Part shown: positions 1-13,485 of the stretch, one piece after another
Numbering within the stretch: position 1 is the stretch's first letter
How the letters are laid out: the number at the start of each line of letters is the position of its first letter
From: the human T2T-CHM13v2.0 reference genome, Homo sapiens
Length of the DNA: 64,000 nucleotides
Direction: 5' to 3'
Assembly: GCA_009914755.4 (NCBI GenBank)
Contig: CP086569.2
Coordinates: forward strand, 16,672,001-16,736,000
Notes under the pieces: model-generated
Told to the model about the DNA's origin: nothing
The model's input: the letters and a program-made list of their open reading frames with translations, nothing else
Database searches by the model: none
Translations under genes and position numbers: made by a program

Positions 1-599
1 GTTTTATAGTGACCACCTTGCTTTAGAGACAAAAACACTCATAACAGAGTTGGATTTTAGGTTAAATTTTAAAAAAATGAATTAAACTTTAGAAAATCTG
101 GTTTTAGGAGAAGTGATGTTGGGCAGAGTTATTGGTTACCTTTGTTGCTGCTGTTACCTAAAAGCTGATGATGACAGTCTCCATGTATTTTTCTCACTTC
201 CACCCCTTAATGTGGTATCTGTCCTAAAGCTGGCATAGCTCAGAGGATATACAGCATTATCCCTTTTCTCTATTTACTCTTTGTCTCCTTGAAATATTGA
301 GATTAACTCCCCTCTATGAAGAAATCTACTCAAAGCCATATGCAGTATTCCATCCATGCCCACAATACCTTTCTCCTGGAGGGCAGACACTTCTAGTGGT
401 GTCATTCAAACTGGACAAATATTGGTTCAAGGTCAAGTGATGAGTGAAACAGGGTTTTGGAAGATTAGGTGGTATGGCTAAAATCAAGAGATAACTGCAG
501 GTCATAATTTTTTAAAGGTAACTTGGTAAATTTTCAGTTATAAAATAATAAATGTTTAATGTAAGTAGTGTCTTTTTTTACCATATAGCTTTGGTGGTT

Positions 600-745
600 C
601 ATTCTCCTTCCCATGTCCCTTCCCCTTCTCTCCCTCTTCCTTCTCTTGTTCTTCCTCTTCGTCCTCCTTCCTCTTCCCATCTTTACTTGTCCTTCTTCTT
701 CTTGTCCTTCTCTGTCCTCTTCTCTTCCTCCTCCTTCTTCTTCCT
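600..745. repeat. CT-rich polypyrimidine low-complexity tract (TCC/TCT-type simple repeat)
   Basis: Continuous run of ccttc/tcttc/cctcc units. The 68-aa ORF 552-758 (PSLPLPSLVL...SFFFLSF) is just its translation. Confidence 0.85.
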
Positions 746-1773
746 AATATTATTTTAATATTTTTAAAATCAAGTAGTAGTAGTCTCAGATTTTTGCCTT
801 AGGCATTAAAGACAATAGAGATGTTGATAAATTGTAAAAATTTAAACAATTTATTACCAAAAAAGAATTTACCACCAAACGCAAATTATCAGCAAAAAAC
901 CAACCTGCATAGAAAAGGGATTAAGATGATCATGGTCTGGCAGAAAGAAAGCTATAAAGAAACTTAAAGATCTTCAAATCCATGTAGAACTGTGCTCAGC
1001 TATATTTTTATCTCAGCTGAAAACAGTGTGTGTGGGCTGAGGGAAGGCAAGTGGCCTAAGACACCAACTAGCTGAAAGAGGAAGAAAAGTTTCTTTTGAT
1101 ACAGTTAGTTTTAATATTCTGAAATGGACTCCTGCTGAAGCTGATAGAACTGCCTTCCCTGAATATCTTTAAGAACAAGCTGACAATTTTCTGTGTCCTT
1201 GAAAGGGTTCTAAAAGTAAAATGCTGGAAAAATGAAAGTGAAATAGGAAATCTCCAAGGATTCAGAACTGCGATTCATTTCTGGAAATGTTTGAAGATCC
1301 TCAAATTAATTGTGCAGACTCATAAGTATTTTTGAAGTATGTGCTGTGCCCACTGTGCTGCTGGTTATGAATTGCACTAGACACCATGGAAAGAGGAAGG
1401 ATGAGTAACTATTAATACATCTCCTTGGACATTATAAAACAGGCAGGAGAGAGATTTATGTACATAAGAAGGCGTCATTTAAGGCAGAAGACATGGAGTA
1501 CCAAAGGAGAAGGGCCAATAAAAGTCAAGGGAAGCGGAAGTGTTTATATGAGATGCACTGGTGTAGTATCACATATAGTAGCAGACACAGGAATTACAGA
1601 TGACAACCCGGTGAACAATACAACAGTTAAATAAGCAAAAGCTGTGGGCTATCCTACAAGAGATTTTGTGGGATGTATAAGATCCACTCTGGAACAGGAG
1701 GACATTCTGAGGACATCTGATGGAAGCTGCTGTTTGCAGAAAACATTTATTATTTTAAAAATCACATTGGTAG

Positions 1774-2111
1774 TTTATTAGTCTGTTTTCATGCTGCTAA
1801 TTTATACATACCTGAGACTGGGTAATTTATAAAGAAAGAGAGACTCACAGTTCCACATGGCTGAGAAGGCCTCACAATCATGGCACAAGGCGAAAGGTAC
1901 TTACATGGCAGCAGGGAAGAGAGAAAATGGGAGCCAAGCAAAATGTTCCCATCAAATTTCATGAGACTTATTCACCACCATAAGATTGGTATGGGAGAAA
2001 CCACCACTACGATTCAATTATCTCCAACCAAGTCCCTCCTACAATATGTGGGAGTTATGGGACCTACAATTCAAGATGAGATTTGGGTGGAGACACAGCC
2101 ACACCGTGTCA
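1774..2111 (-). mobile_element. ERVL-MaLR solo LTR, THE1/MST-type
   Basis: The reverse complement matches the remembered THE1/MST LTR consensus from the TGATATGGTTTGGCTGTGTC...ATCTCATCTTGAATTGTAG start to the ...AGACTAATACA end. In the window this reads ...ctacaattcaagatgagatttgggtggagacacagccacaccgtgtca and tttattagtctgttttcatgctgctaat. Confidence 0.75.
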
Positions 2112-4112
2112 GACAGCATACAACTTCTTAAATCTTTTAAAATAAACTTTCAAATCATTTTGATAATTTTTAAAATAAATTTTCAAATAGTTTTTGATTT
2201 ACAGAAATATTGTGAATATATTACAGAGAGTTTCCATGTTCCCCACACTCAATCCCCCCTATTATTAACATCTTCCACTGGTACAGTAAATTTGTCACAC
2301 TTAGTAAACCAAGGTAGCTATGTTATTATTAACACAAGTCCAGTTTCTTCCATATTTCTGTATTTTTATCTAATTCCCCATTTAGAATACCACATTACAT
2401 TTAGCTTTTATGTCTCCTCGGCTGTGACAGTGTCTCCTTCTATTTATTTTTCATATTTTTGACAGTTTTGAGAAATACTGAGTATTTTGCAGAATGTCTG
2501 TTAATTTGAGTTTATCTGATGTTTTCATTATGATTCAACAATGGCTGTAGGTTTTGGAGAGGAAGACCATAAATGTACAATTCCATGTTGATCACATCTC
2601 ATCAAAGGTACATGCTGTCAATATGACTTATCATTGTGGAGGTTGACCTTAATCAGTCTCAGGTTTCTCCACTCTGAAGTTACTTTTCCCACCTTCTCCT
2701 ACTTTACTAAGTTACTAAGCACAGCTGACGCTTAATGTGTGGGAAGCAATTTTTCACCTTCCTGAGGATGGAGTTTCTACATCAATTACTGGAATTCTTC
2801 TGCACAGGAGATTTGCATTTCTCTCTCCACACATTTGCTTATTTATTCAATAATTTATTTATATCAGTACAGATTCACAACATATAACTTTGATACTCAA
2901 AACTTTATGTGAGCGTCTCTCCATTCTGATATCCAAAATAACTGTCACATGTCTTTTGGATACAAACCTTCAAAAAACTTTCCAAATATTATATCGGTAG
3001 ACTGTTTTGTCTATGGTGTTTATTTGGTGGATCGGTCACCTTAATAAGTTCATATGTGCATACGATGGAAACAATCCCATTCTACCCATGGAAGCATGTT
3101 TTATTAAGAGCGAATGCCTCACTCATTTTTCTGAAATTTTCAAGTTTCAGCTTCATAAGTTTCTAATTTGGTGAGAATGCCTTCTGGATGCTGCTAAGAA
3201 ATTTGGTAAATTGAGTTTCCAAAGGGGAACCTGAGTTCCTTCAAAGAATTGGGTTCTGATGAATGAACAGTAATAAAGCATTTGCATCAGTACTGTGTTC
3301 ATCTAAAATTATTAAAGCTTAAAATTGCACGTGGCCCTACAGATGGGATGTGGTTAAAATGGAGCATTTCCCTAGTATGTATCTGGTGAAACAAAAGGCT
3401 TTTGTTTGTAATTGTTAATGTGGAGGATGGGAAAGTTTCTCTTAGCAATTAAACCATTAGGAACATGAAAAACCCTCCCAAATCATCACATGTTTAAGCT
3501 GAATACTGAAAGAAGTCTCTAAGTGTGATGGCTTATTTTGTTACCCAAGGTATGCATTTTTAAAGGGCATCCTAGGGAAGAAATCTGTGTGATAGCATGA
3601 TATGCGGAGACAAATGGCCGCATTTCCAAATTTCTGTAACCCTATGTTTTTACATGAGACAGATCTCTCCTAACACCAATAGAAGCAAGGTATTTCATTT
3701 TAGTAAAACTCTCCAGCAAAAATGTATTTTTTAATATTGCAACTCTAAGTGTGTTCTCTGATACTTAGCACAGTGGTGTTTTTGTTATTAGACTATGTGG
3801 GAGACTCATTGCCCAGAGCTAGCTGAAAGACCTAAGGATAAACTAGTACACATAGCTCAGGAAGATTTACTATTCTTTACTTAGCCTGGAAAAAAAAAAC
3901 ATTTCTGTGGATTTCTTGAGGGTCATCCTTCTTCCCCTGAATGCTTTATTGAAAAAGCAATTTTGTGGACTCATATTTTGCATAAAGTGTCAGAAAGTGA
4001 TATGAGGGCCTTGCCTTCTGTTTTAGTAGTGTTCCATTGAAAATGTTCTCATTCTATACACAGATGCACAAAAATATGCTTTTTATATGTTTAAAAGTAA
4101 ATCTAATCTTAT

Positions 4113-4252
4113 TTTTTTTAGCATTGAGGTCTTGCTCTGTTATCCAGGCTGGAGTGCAGTGGCACGATCATGGCTTGCTGCAGCCTTGACCTTCTGGGCT
4201 CAAGTGATTCTCCCACTTTAGCCTCCTAAGTAGCCACCACACCCGGCTAAAC
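4113..4252 (-). mobile_element. Alu right-monomer portion (minus orientation); 5' piece of a split Alu
   Basis: The poly-T then gagg..tcttgctctgttatccaggctggagtgcagtggcacgatc...agcctcctaagtagc...cacccggctaa is the reverse complement of the Alu right arm. Confidence 0.8.
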
Positions 4253-5148
4253 TTTCTCACTTCATTAGGAGTAAGGAATACCATAAATTTTCAACCCACC
4301 AATTCAGAGTATGACAATTTCTTCCATTTAGTCTCTTGAGTGACTTGACTCCTGGATCAATACTCAGTTATTCATTTTTTATTGCCATATACTTCTCACC
4401 CTGTTAATATCCATGTGTATAGGCAATATACAATGACCTTAGGATGCTAGGAAGAAAGGAGTCTTAAAATCCTGTGGGTGCTATGAATCCTTACTGTTCT
4501 ATACCACAGAGGGACCTGTAGAGTCTGGTTCCTGGACTGGCTTAGATCTTTCCAATCTATCCTGCTGGGGGAATGTGCCAGTATTCTATCCTGAAGCTCA
4601 CAGCCCCAGCCAAGTATCACTAGTTTCCAAATTTGCATATAGCAACTTTCCCTTCCATATTGATCTCCTAGTCATCATTCCTGTGTCTCCACATTCACAT
4701 ATACATCAAGTTTCCAGTCCACTATATGTCATAGAATAGCTCAAGTGAGCTATAATTCCCACCCTCCAACCCAGCAAGCCCTCAGATAGCATGTACCCAC
4801 TCCTCTCAAACTATGAGAGATCATAAGCCTTTGCAAGACTTGGTTTTCTCTTTGAGCCTTATCATCTCCCCAACAGAGATAAGAGACACAGGTGCTAATT
4901 TTTTTACAGCATCTTCATGCCATTCTAATGTTTATGTATCCCTAACCCATAGCAACTGGGGAAAATAAGGATCCTGCTCCGTAATCACCACACTGTCTCT
5001 CCATCTTCCCCCATTCTTGACTCAGTGTGCACCATGAGAGAAGTTACAGGCTTTCCACTTCATTTGTTCTCTGGCGTAGACTTCAGCCACATTCCATCTT
5101 CCTTCAAGATGGTGCCAGGAAGCCAATTCAGCCTTTGTAGAACTGTAG

Positions 5149-6620
<1,472 letters not shown>

Positions 6621-7039
6621 TAAATAAATAATCTTTGCTGGCAGGGCTATACTGAACCCCCTTGGGCACTCTCTAATTGGCTGTCCTGGGTCCTCCCAAT
6701 TCTTTGTCATTTAATATTTGTTTTTCTCCTTCTCTTCATTCAGACCTTGTGTCTTCCATTTAGTTTCTCAATTCATAGAAAACCACATCTAGGCCATCAG
6801 CAATCACTCTACATGACAAATGCTCCTTTTAGCAACCCCACAATATCACCCTTTACCACAAAATCTTCCATCAGCTTAATCTCTCCCACTCTAAGATCCC
6901 ACATCGCCCCAATCCCACTCAAAGCAGCCCTGAGAGACACTGCCCATTATCTCTCCATACAACTCCCAGAAATTTTCACTGCCCCAACACTTTACCACTA
7001 TTTCATTTTATTTTTCTTATTAATATAAGAAGACAGGAA

Positions 7040-7490
7040 TGTCAGGCCTCTGAGCCATGCTAAGCCATCATATACCCTGTGACCTACACATATACATCCA
7101 GATGGCCTGAAGTAACTGAAGAATCACAAAAGAAGTGAAAATTTCCTGTTCCTGCCTTAACTGATGACATTCCACCACAAAAGAAGTGAAAATGGCCTGT
7201 TCCTGCCTTGACTGATGACATTACCTTGTGAAATTACTTCTCCTGGCTCATCCTGGCTCAAAAGCACCCCCACTGAGCACCTTGTGAACCCCACCCCTGC
7301 CTGTCAGAGAACAACCCCCTTTGACTGTAATTTTCCATTACCTACCCAAATACTATGAAACGGCCCCATCCCTATCTCCCTTCACTGACTGTCTTTCTGG
7401 ACTCAGCCCACCTGCACCCAGGTGAAATACACAGCCTTGTTGCTCACACAAAGCCTAGTTGGTGGTTTCTTTACATGGACACCAGTGAAA
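7040..7490 (+). mobile_element. LTR7-like (HERV-H-type) LTR
   Basis: It starts tgtcaggcctctgagcc. It carries the internal tandem duplication caccacaaaagaagtgaaaat(g/t)(g/t)cctgttcctgccttaactgatgacatt. Its end reads ...cacccaggtgaaatacacagccttgttgctcacacaaagcctagttggtggtttctttacatggac, matching the remembered LTR7 consensus. It has the same orientation as the ERV1 gag remnant upstream and may be its 3' LTR. Confidence 0.65.
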
Positions 7491-7617
7491 GTTAGGAAAA
7501 TGGGTTATTCATTCTTTCATTCATTTGTACAAATGTCAGGTCTGGCTATGCTTAGCTACTCAGGGGATATCAGAGGCAACTGGGTCCTCTAGGGATTTTT
7601 AGCAATATCTGGACATT

Positions 7618-8586
7618 TTTGAAAGGGAGGCCTGCCCCTCCACACCTGTGGGCATTTCTCATCAGGTGGGATGAGAGACTGAGAAAAGAAAGAGACACAG
7701 AGACAAAGAATAGAGAAAGAAAAGCAGGCCCAGGGGACTGGTGCTCAACATACAGAGGACCAACGCCATCACAGGACTCTGAGTTCCCTCAGTATTTATT
7801 AATCATTATCTCTACCATCTCAGAGAAGGTGATGTGTCAGGATAACAGGGTAATTGTAGGGAAAGGTTCAGCATGAAAACATGTGAACAAATGTCTCTGT
7901 GTCATAAACAATGTTAGAAAAAGTGCTGTGCTTTGATGTGCACATACATAAACATCTCTGGTGCATTAAAGAGCAGTATTGCCTCCAGCATGTCTCACCT
8001 CCAGCCTTAAGGCAGTTTTCTCCTATCTCAGTAGATGGAACATACAATCAGGTTTTACACCGAGACATTCCATTGCCCAGGGTCAAGCAGGAGACAGATG
8101 CCTTCTTCTTATCTCAATTGCAAAGATGCCTTCTTATTTTACGAATCCTCCTCAGCACAGACCATTTACGGGTGTTGGGCTGGGGGATGGTCAGGTCTTT
8201 CCCCTTCCATCAGGGTATATCTCAGGCTATCACACAGGGAAAAGCTTGGACAATACCTGGCTTTCCTAGGCAGAGGTCCCTGTGGCTCTCTGCAGTGTAT
8301 TGTGTCCCTGGGTACTTGAGATTAGAGAGTGGTGATGACTTTTAACAAGCATACTGCCTTTAAGCACTTGCTTAACAAAGCACATCCTGCAGAGCCCTAA
8401 ATCCATTAAATCTTGAGTCAACACAGCACATGTCTCTGTGAGCACAGTGTTGGGGGTAGGGTTACAGATTAACAACATCTCAAGGCAGAAGAATTTTTCT
8501 TAGTACAGAACAAAATGGAGTATCTTATGTCTACTTCTTTCTACATAGACACAGTAACAGTCTGATCTCTCTTTCTTTTCCCCACA
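7618..8586 (-). mobile_element. HERV-K (HML-2) LTR5-type solo LTR, older LTR5A/B-like
   Basis: On the minus strand it runs from TGTGGGGAAAAG... (window 8586 backwards: ccccacaa; ...tctacttctttctacatagacacagtaacagtctgatctctc) to ...CCCTACA. The window 7621 onward, gaaagggaggcctgcccctccacacctgtgggcatttctcatcaggtgggatgagagactgagaaaagaaagagacacagagacaaag, is the reverse complement of the LTR5 3' end. The length of about 970 bp equals LTR5 length. It is diverged from LTR5_Hs. Confidence 0.8.
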
Positions 8587-8744
8587 ATTTTTCACTTGTC
8601 CTCACTGGGAGGTTGTTACTGGCATCTAGCAAGCAGAGGCCCAGTGATACTGCAGGACACAGGACAGCTTCCCATCATAAGAAATATCTCCTCCCAAATG
8701 TTAATAGTGGTGTTACCAGGAAGGGGTCCCTAAACAGACCCCAA

Positions 8745-9400
8745 GTGTAGGTTCTTGGATCTTGCACAAAAAAGAATATGAAGTGACCCCATAGAGTAAA
8801 GTGAAAGCAAGTTTATTAAGAAAGTAAAGGAATGAAGAATGGCTACTCCATATGTAGAACAGTGGCTTGAGCTGCTCAACCAAGGATACTTATTGTTATT
8901 TCTTGATTACATGTCAAACAAGGGGTGGATTATTCATGAGTTTTCCAGGAAAGGGGTGGGCTATTCCCAGAACTGAGCGTTCCTCCCTTTTTTAGACCAT
9001 ATACGGGGATTTCCAGATGTTGCCATGACATTTGCAAACTCTCATGGTGCAAGTGGGCCTGTCTTTTAGCCTGCTAATGCATTATAATTAGCACATAATG
9101 AGCAGTGAGGATAACCAGAGGTCATTATGGTCACCATCTTTGTTTTGGTGGGTTTTGGCAGGCTTCTTTAGTGCAAAGTGTTTTATCAGCAAGGTCGTTT
9201 ATGACCTGTGTCTTGTGCTGACCTCTTATCTCATCCTGTGACTTAGAATGCCTAACCTCCTGGGAATGAGTTTGGCAGGTCTCAGCCTTATTTTACCCAG
9301 TCCCTCTTCAACATGTGGAGTTGCCCTGGTTGAAACGCCTCTGACAGTGGGATGGTTGAGAAATTCAGGGATAGCACAAGGGTGAGGCAGCAATCTCAGC
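8745..9400 (-). repeat. Unclassified ERV-type LTR-like repeat (probable class I LTR remnant)
   Basis: The architecture resembles the reverse complement of ERV1 R-U5 regions: ggttcttgg...gaagtgacccc...gtgaaagcaagtttattaagaaag (AATAAA on the minus strand). A long stretch, ccatctttgttttggtgggttttggcaggcttctttagtgcaa...cagccttattttacccagtccctcttcaacatgtggagttgccctggttgaaacgcctctgaca, matches an interspersed-repeat consensus I recognise but cannot name. Confidence 0.3.
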
Positions 9401-10609
9401 ATGTGGAAAATATTTTATCAGATGCCTTTGTAATGTCCAAAGTCACTCCATTGTAATGTCAAACTCGCTGCAAAATATGCATTATCTAAATTTCTCTTAT
9501 TTAGATAGTTATATCTCTCTATTTCTCTCTAATTCTATATTTTAAAGTCATATATATATTGACCAATATACTTTTTGGCTGATCATTGGAAAGGCAATTG
9601 GAGAAGCTGTCCTTGACAGTCCTGTTGAAATCCTCCACAGATGCCATCTCCATGCAAATTCTGTACAAGGCACAGTTGTAAAGTTTGGCTATATATTATT
9701 GTTTTGAAGGGACAATTTTCCCTCCTAAATCCCTAGTCTCAAAGCCTGACTCCACTTTTTTTTTGCCATCTACCCTGCCAAGAAGCTTGTCAAAGCCTGA
9801 GGGCATCATTGCTCTTCCCCCATTTCTAGCAGATGGCCATGTTGTGAGACATTTAATCCACTGACTGATTCAGTTATAGTTATAGCAGTGGCTTCTGTAG
9901 ATCAGCCTCAAATAACAGTAGCTCAAAGAATACAAATGGCATCAGAAAAATACAAGTAACTGCAGAAATTACAGGGATTTATGTCCACACTCTTTGTTCA
10001 GTGAATGTTTTTGTCTGGATATGACTGAAAAGGGAGCTTTGTTAATGACTGATCTTAGAAATCAGGTTTCTTCCACACTGTGGTTCTCCCAACTCCAACG
10101 TGAGACATCTAAGGCCAAGTTGGGCATTTTTTTTTTATTGCAGCCAGCAAGGAACAGAAAAGAGCATGAAGGTTTGCACGTTGTAAGTAGCACACAGCAC
10201 ACAGCAGCACCACCCAACCCCACTGGTGAGAACTGGGCTCCACAAAGACCTCTGGCATATGGGAGGCTTGGAAGTGTATGTAGCCCTCTGTGCCTGGGAT
10301 GAAGAAGACATAGGTTTGCTGAGCCAGCCTCTGATCTGCAAGGTGCTTCATCATTTCTTCACCATGTGACCTCTGCAAGTGACTTAAGCTGTCTGGCCCT
10401 CAGGATGCTCTTCCACATTCATTATTCTCATGACCTGCATGAGCGTAACTGCCAGGTCGTGTCTGGCTCCAGATCCTACAATTATTTTTGTCTTCACTTC
10501 ATCCAGGCCCTTTACAGTCAACCAAGGACCATGGAGAGTTCCTTTGGCTGATTTCTGTTTCTCACGATCTGACTGTGTTCAGTAACTACATGAGGATGCT
10601 TTAGAGAAA

Positions 10610-10760
10610 TATAGTCAACAGGATAAACATCCTATTGATAGATATGCCTATTTATCTATAAATTAAATATGAATAATATAGATATAAATAGATGGATACA
10701 TATATAGGTGGATACAGAAATAGATATAAATACAGAGAGAGGAGATTTTTTTATGGGAAT
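10610..10760. repeat. Degenerate (GATA/ATAGAT)-rich simple repeat
   Basis: Repeated units: atagatatgcctatttatctataaattaaatatgaataatatagatataaatagatggatacatatataggtggatacagaaatagatataaatacagag. Confidence 0.5.
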
Positions 10761-12299
10761 TGGCTCATGCTATGGCAAGATACGGAGACCTAGCAAAACT
10801 CTTTGTGTGATGTAATCCAAGACTGAAGTCTAGAAAACCATAAGAGCTGATGGTGTAAGTCCTGGAACACCAAAACCTGGGAAACAGGGCCTTGATTTTG
10901 CAGGGCAGGAAAAGGTGAATGTCTCAGCTCAAAAATAAAGATAATGCACCCTTCCTCTCTCTGCCTTTTTGTTTTCATCAGGCATCAAAAGATAAGACAG
11001 TGCCAGCCGCATTTTTGAGAGATCTTCTTTACTCAATCCACTGATTCAAATGCTAATCTCTTCTGGAAACACTCTGGCAGACATACTCAGAAATAATGAT
11101 TTATCAGCTGTCTGGTCTTCCTTTAGCTCTGTCATATTGACACATACAATTAATCATCACAGTACAGTTTCTAATACTTCTTTTTATTCTTCCAGCTATT
11201 TCTGAGGGCACAAATAATGAGCAAAGCAACTCTTTGGAAACTTGCCACAGTTTCCAACTATGTCAGCCAATTATAAAGCCACCAATCAGGGAGAGTCAGC
11301 ACTATAATTCCCAGGTGTTGGGTCCCCATTCCCACCACTGGAAGCCACCAATAGAGCAGTTGATGGAAAGTGGACTCAGGGACATCTACTGGAGTGACAT
11401 ATGACTGGGACCAATTCAGTTGAGGATGCATCATGTAGGTTTGTAGTAACTAAAACAGGCCTATATATGTAAGATGAGGGAAGCATCTTCTTTCTACCCA
11501 AATTCTCTCTTGCTTCTGAAAAAGCAGAGCTAGTTGAACCACATGAGACCTGGTTTGTCACCTCATTCTTACATAAATTTTTCTAATTAATTATTACATT
11601 TTAATGAGAAGAAGGCCTCTAAGACAATGCCCTAAGAGTAACATGGGACATTAATCTTTATTATTCTTTTGGCTCAATTTGACCAAAATCCTTTTGTGTA
11701 TCTAACATATTCTTATGGTTTCTTGGTTACAAATACTCTCTTTCTCTCTCTGACTACCTTGAATTTTGTCTTTTTTTTTTTCTGGCCTATACAACTGCCA
11801 CTGAATATATTGATGCATTAAGCATAATAAATGTATAAATAACTGATACCATCTTCTATTCCAAAGTCACTTTTCTGCCTTTTATATATATTTCCAAATT
11901 TGTTGTTTCTATCTGTATAACAAAATGCACCTGTACATTTTCCAACATATTTCTGAATTAGTACTAGGCAGCATGGCTTCTTTAAGGCAAATAGACAAAT
12001 TTAAAATTATATTTTAGAAAATACTTCATGTTCTCTTCCTTTGTGTAAACCACCTGACTTGAACCTGCTTTAATTCCTCTCTGCTTTGCATCTCTTCCTT
12101 GGTATTCCTCCATATCATAATTAACCTGTTGACCTGTCACTCGACTGTAGAAAATCTTGTTAACACATTTGTGTGTGCTTTTATCACCTTTCACCTCTCA
12201 ATGCACACACTCTGCTGAACTGAGATTGTGTTCTGGTCTCACAGAAAGACAGTTTTCACATAACTCTGTGTTAATATTGTGGGGTTTTGCTGTTTTCTT

Positions 12300-12592
12300 G
12301 TGTCTGTTTTTGAGACAGAGTCTTGCTCTGTTACCCATGCTGCAGTGCAGTGGTGTCATCTTGGCTCACTTCAACCTCTGCCTCCTGCAAACAATTCTCC
12401 TGCCACAGCCTCCCAAGTAGCTGGGATTACAGGTAAACACCAACATGCCCAGCTAATTGGTGTGTTTTTAGTAGGGATGGGTTTTCACCATGTTGGCCAG
12501 GCTGGTCTTTAACACCTGGCTTCAAGTGATCCACCTGCGTTGGCCTCCCAAAGTGCTGAGATTGAAAGCATGAGCCACTGTGCCCAACCCAG
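12300..12592 (-). mobile_element. Alu (full length, minus orientation)
   Basis: The poly-T then gagacagagtcttgctctgttacccatgctgcagtgcagtgg...cctcccaagtagctgggattacagg...ggccaggctggtc...cctcccaaagtgctgagatt...gagccactgtgcccaacc is the reverse complement of an Alu dimer. Confidence 0.9.
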
Positions 12593-13166
12593 CTCTGTGT
12601 TAATATTTTCACTGACACGATGACGTCCCCATTTCATTCTGTCCCCTCAGATGCTACACAACTCTCAGGTTCAAGGTATTTTAACAACTGAGATTCATCC
12701 ATTACTTTAGCATGGGCTGTATATTTTTTCAGTAAGTGTAAAGTTGGTTGGATTGTCTATTCGTAGGGAGCATTGTAACTATAATTCAACACAAGAGATG
12801 TTATACCCCTAGTCAGAATTATCCTTCAAAATCCATGTATACCCTGGCTTCAGGAAGCTCAATAGCCATTGAAAGTCACAGAGAAGTTCAATCCTCTGCA
12901 ATTCCAGAGAACTTCAGTAGAGATGCACAGGACTTGCACTAGTCAAGGCAATAGTGAATTAATTATGGTCTTATATGTTCTGTGTCCTGAATAAAAGAAA
13001 TTAAAACCTGCTGAGATAGTCACTAACTTCCTTGCTTTGAAGCTGGTCGTGTAAGTAAAAAGGCTCCAGTCACAACATTAACACAAATTATTGCAAAAAA
13101 CCACATATGTACACTTGAGGAAAATGTACATATAACACAATCATGGTAGACTTGGAAATGTGCATA

Positions 13167-13485
13167 ATTTATTTTATTTTATTTTTATTTTATTTTATTT
13201 TTTGAGACTGAGTCTCATTCTGTCACCCAGGGTGGCATGCAGTCATGCAATCTTGGTTCATGCCACCTCTGACTCCCAGGTTCCAGCAATTCTCCTGCCT
13301 CAGTCTCCAAAGTAGCCAGGACTATATGTGTACACCACCACAACAGGCATATTTTTGTATTTTTAGTAGAGACAGGGTTTCCCCATGTTGACCAGGCTTG
13401 TTTTGAACTCCTGACCTCAAGAAATCTGCCTGCCTTGGCCTCCTAGACTGCTGGGATTACAGAACTGATTCACTGCACCCAGCTA
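13167..13485 (-). mobile_element. Alu (minus orientation) with (ATTTT)n-expanded tail
   Basis: An (atttt)n tract is followed by gagactgagtctcattctgtcacccagggtggcatgcagtcatgcaatcttggttcatgccacc...tagccaggactat...tttttagtagagacagggtttccccatgttgaccaggc...gggattacagaactgattcactgcacccagc. Confidence 0.85.

Noticed and set aside
552-758. 68-aa ORF rich in Pro/Ser/Leu/Phe, with similar ORFs at 27152-27625
   Set aside because: Translation of CT-rich low-complexity tracts. No coding signal.
7911-8478. ORFs of 94-144 aa inside the LTR5 element
   Set aside because: LTRs are non-coding. These are chance frames in a roughly 1-kb LTR, several with non-ATG starts.
9994-10551. Overlapping roughly 100-aa ORFs on both strands in a repeat-free, slightly GC-richer block
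   Set aside because: Bacterial-style ORF calls, several with non-ATG starts. There is no recognisable protein similarity, no splice-site-bounded structure that I can support, and opposite-strand overlap is typical of chance ORFs. A conserved element is possible but not demonstrable from sequence alone.
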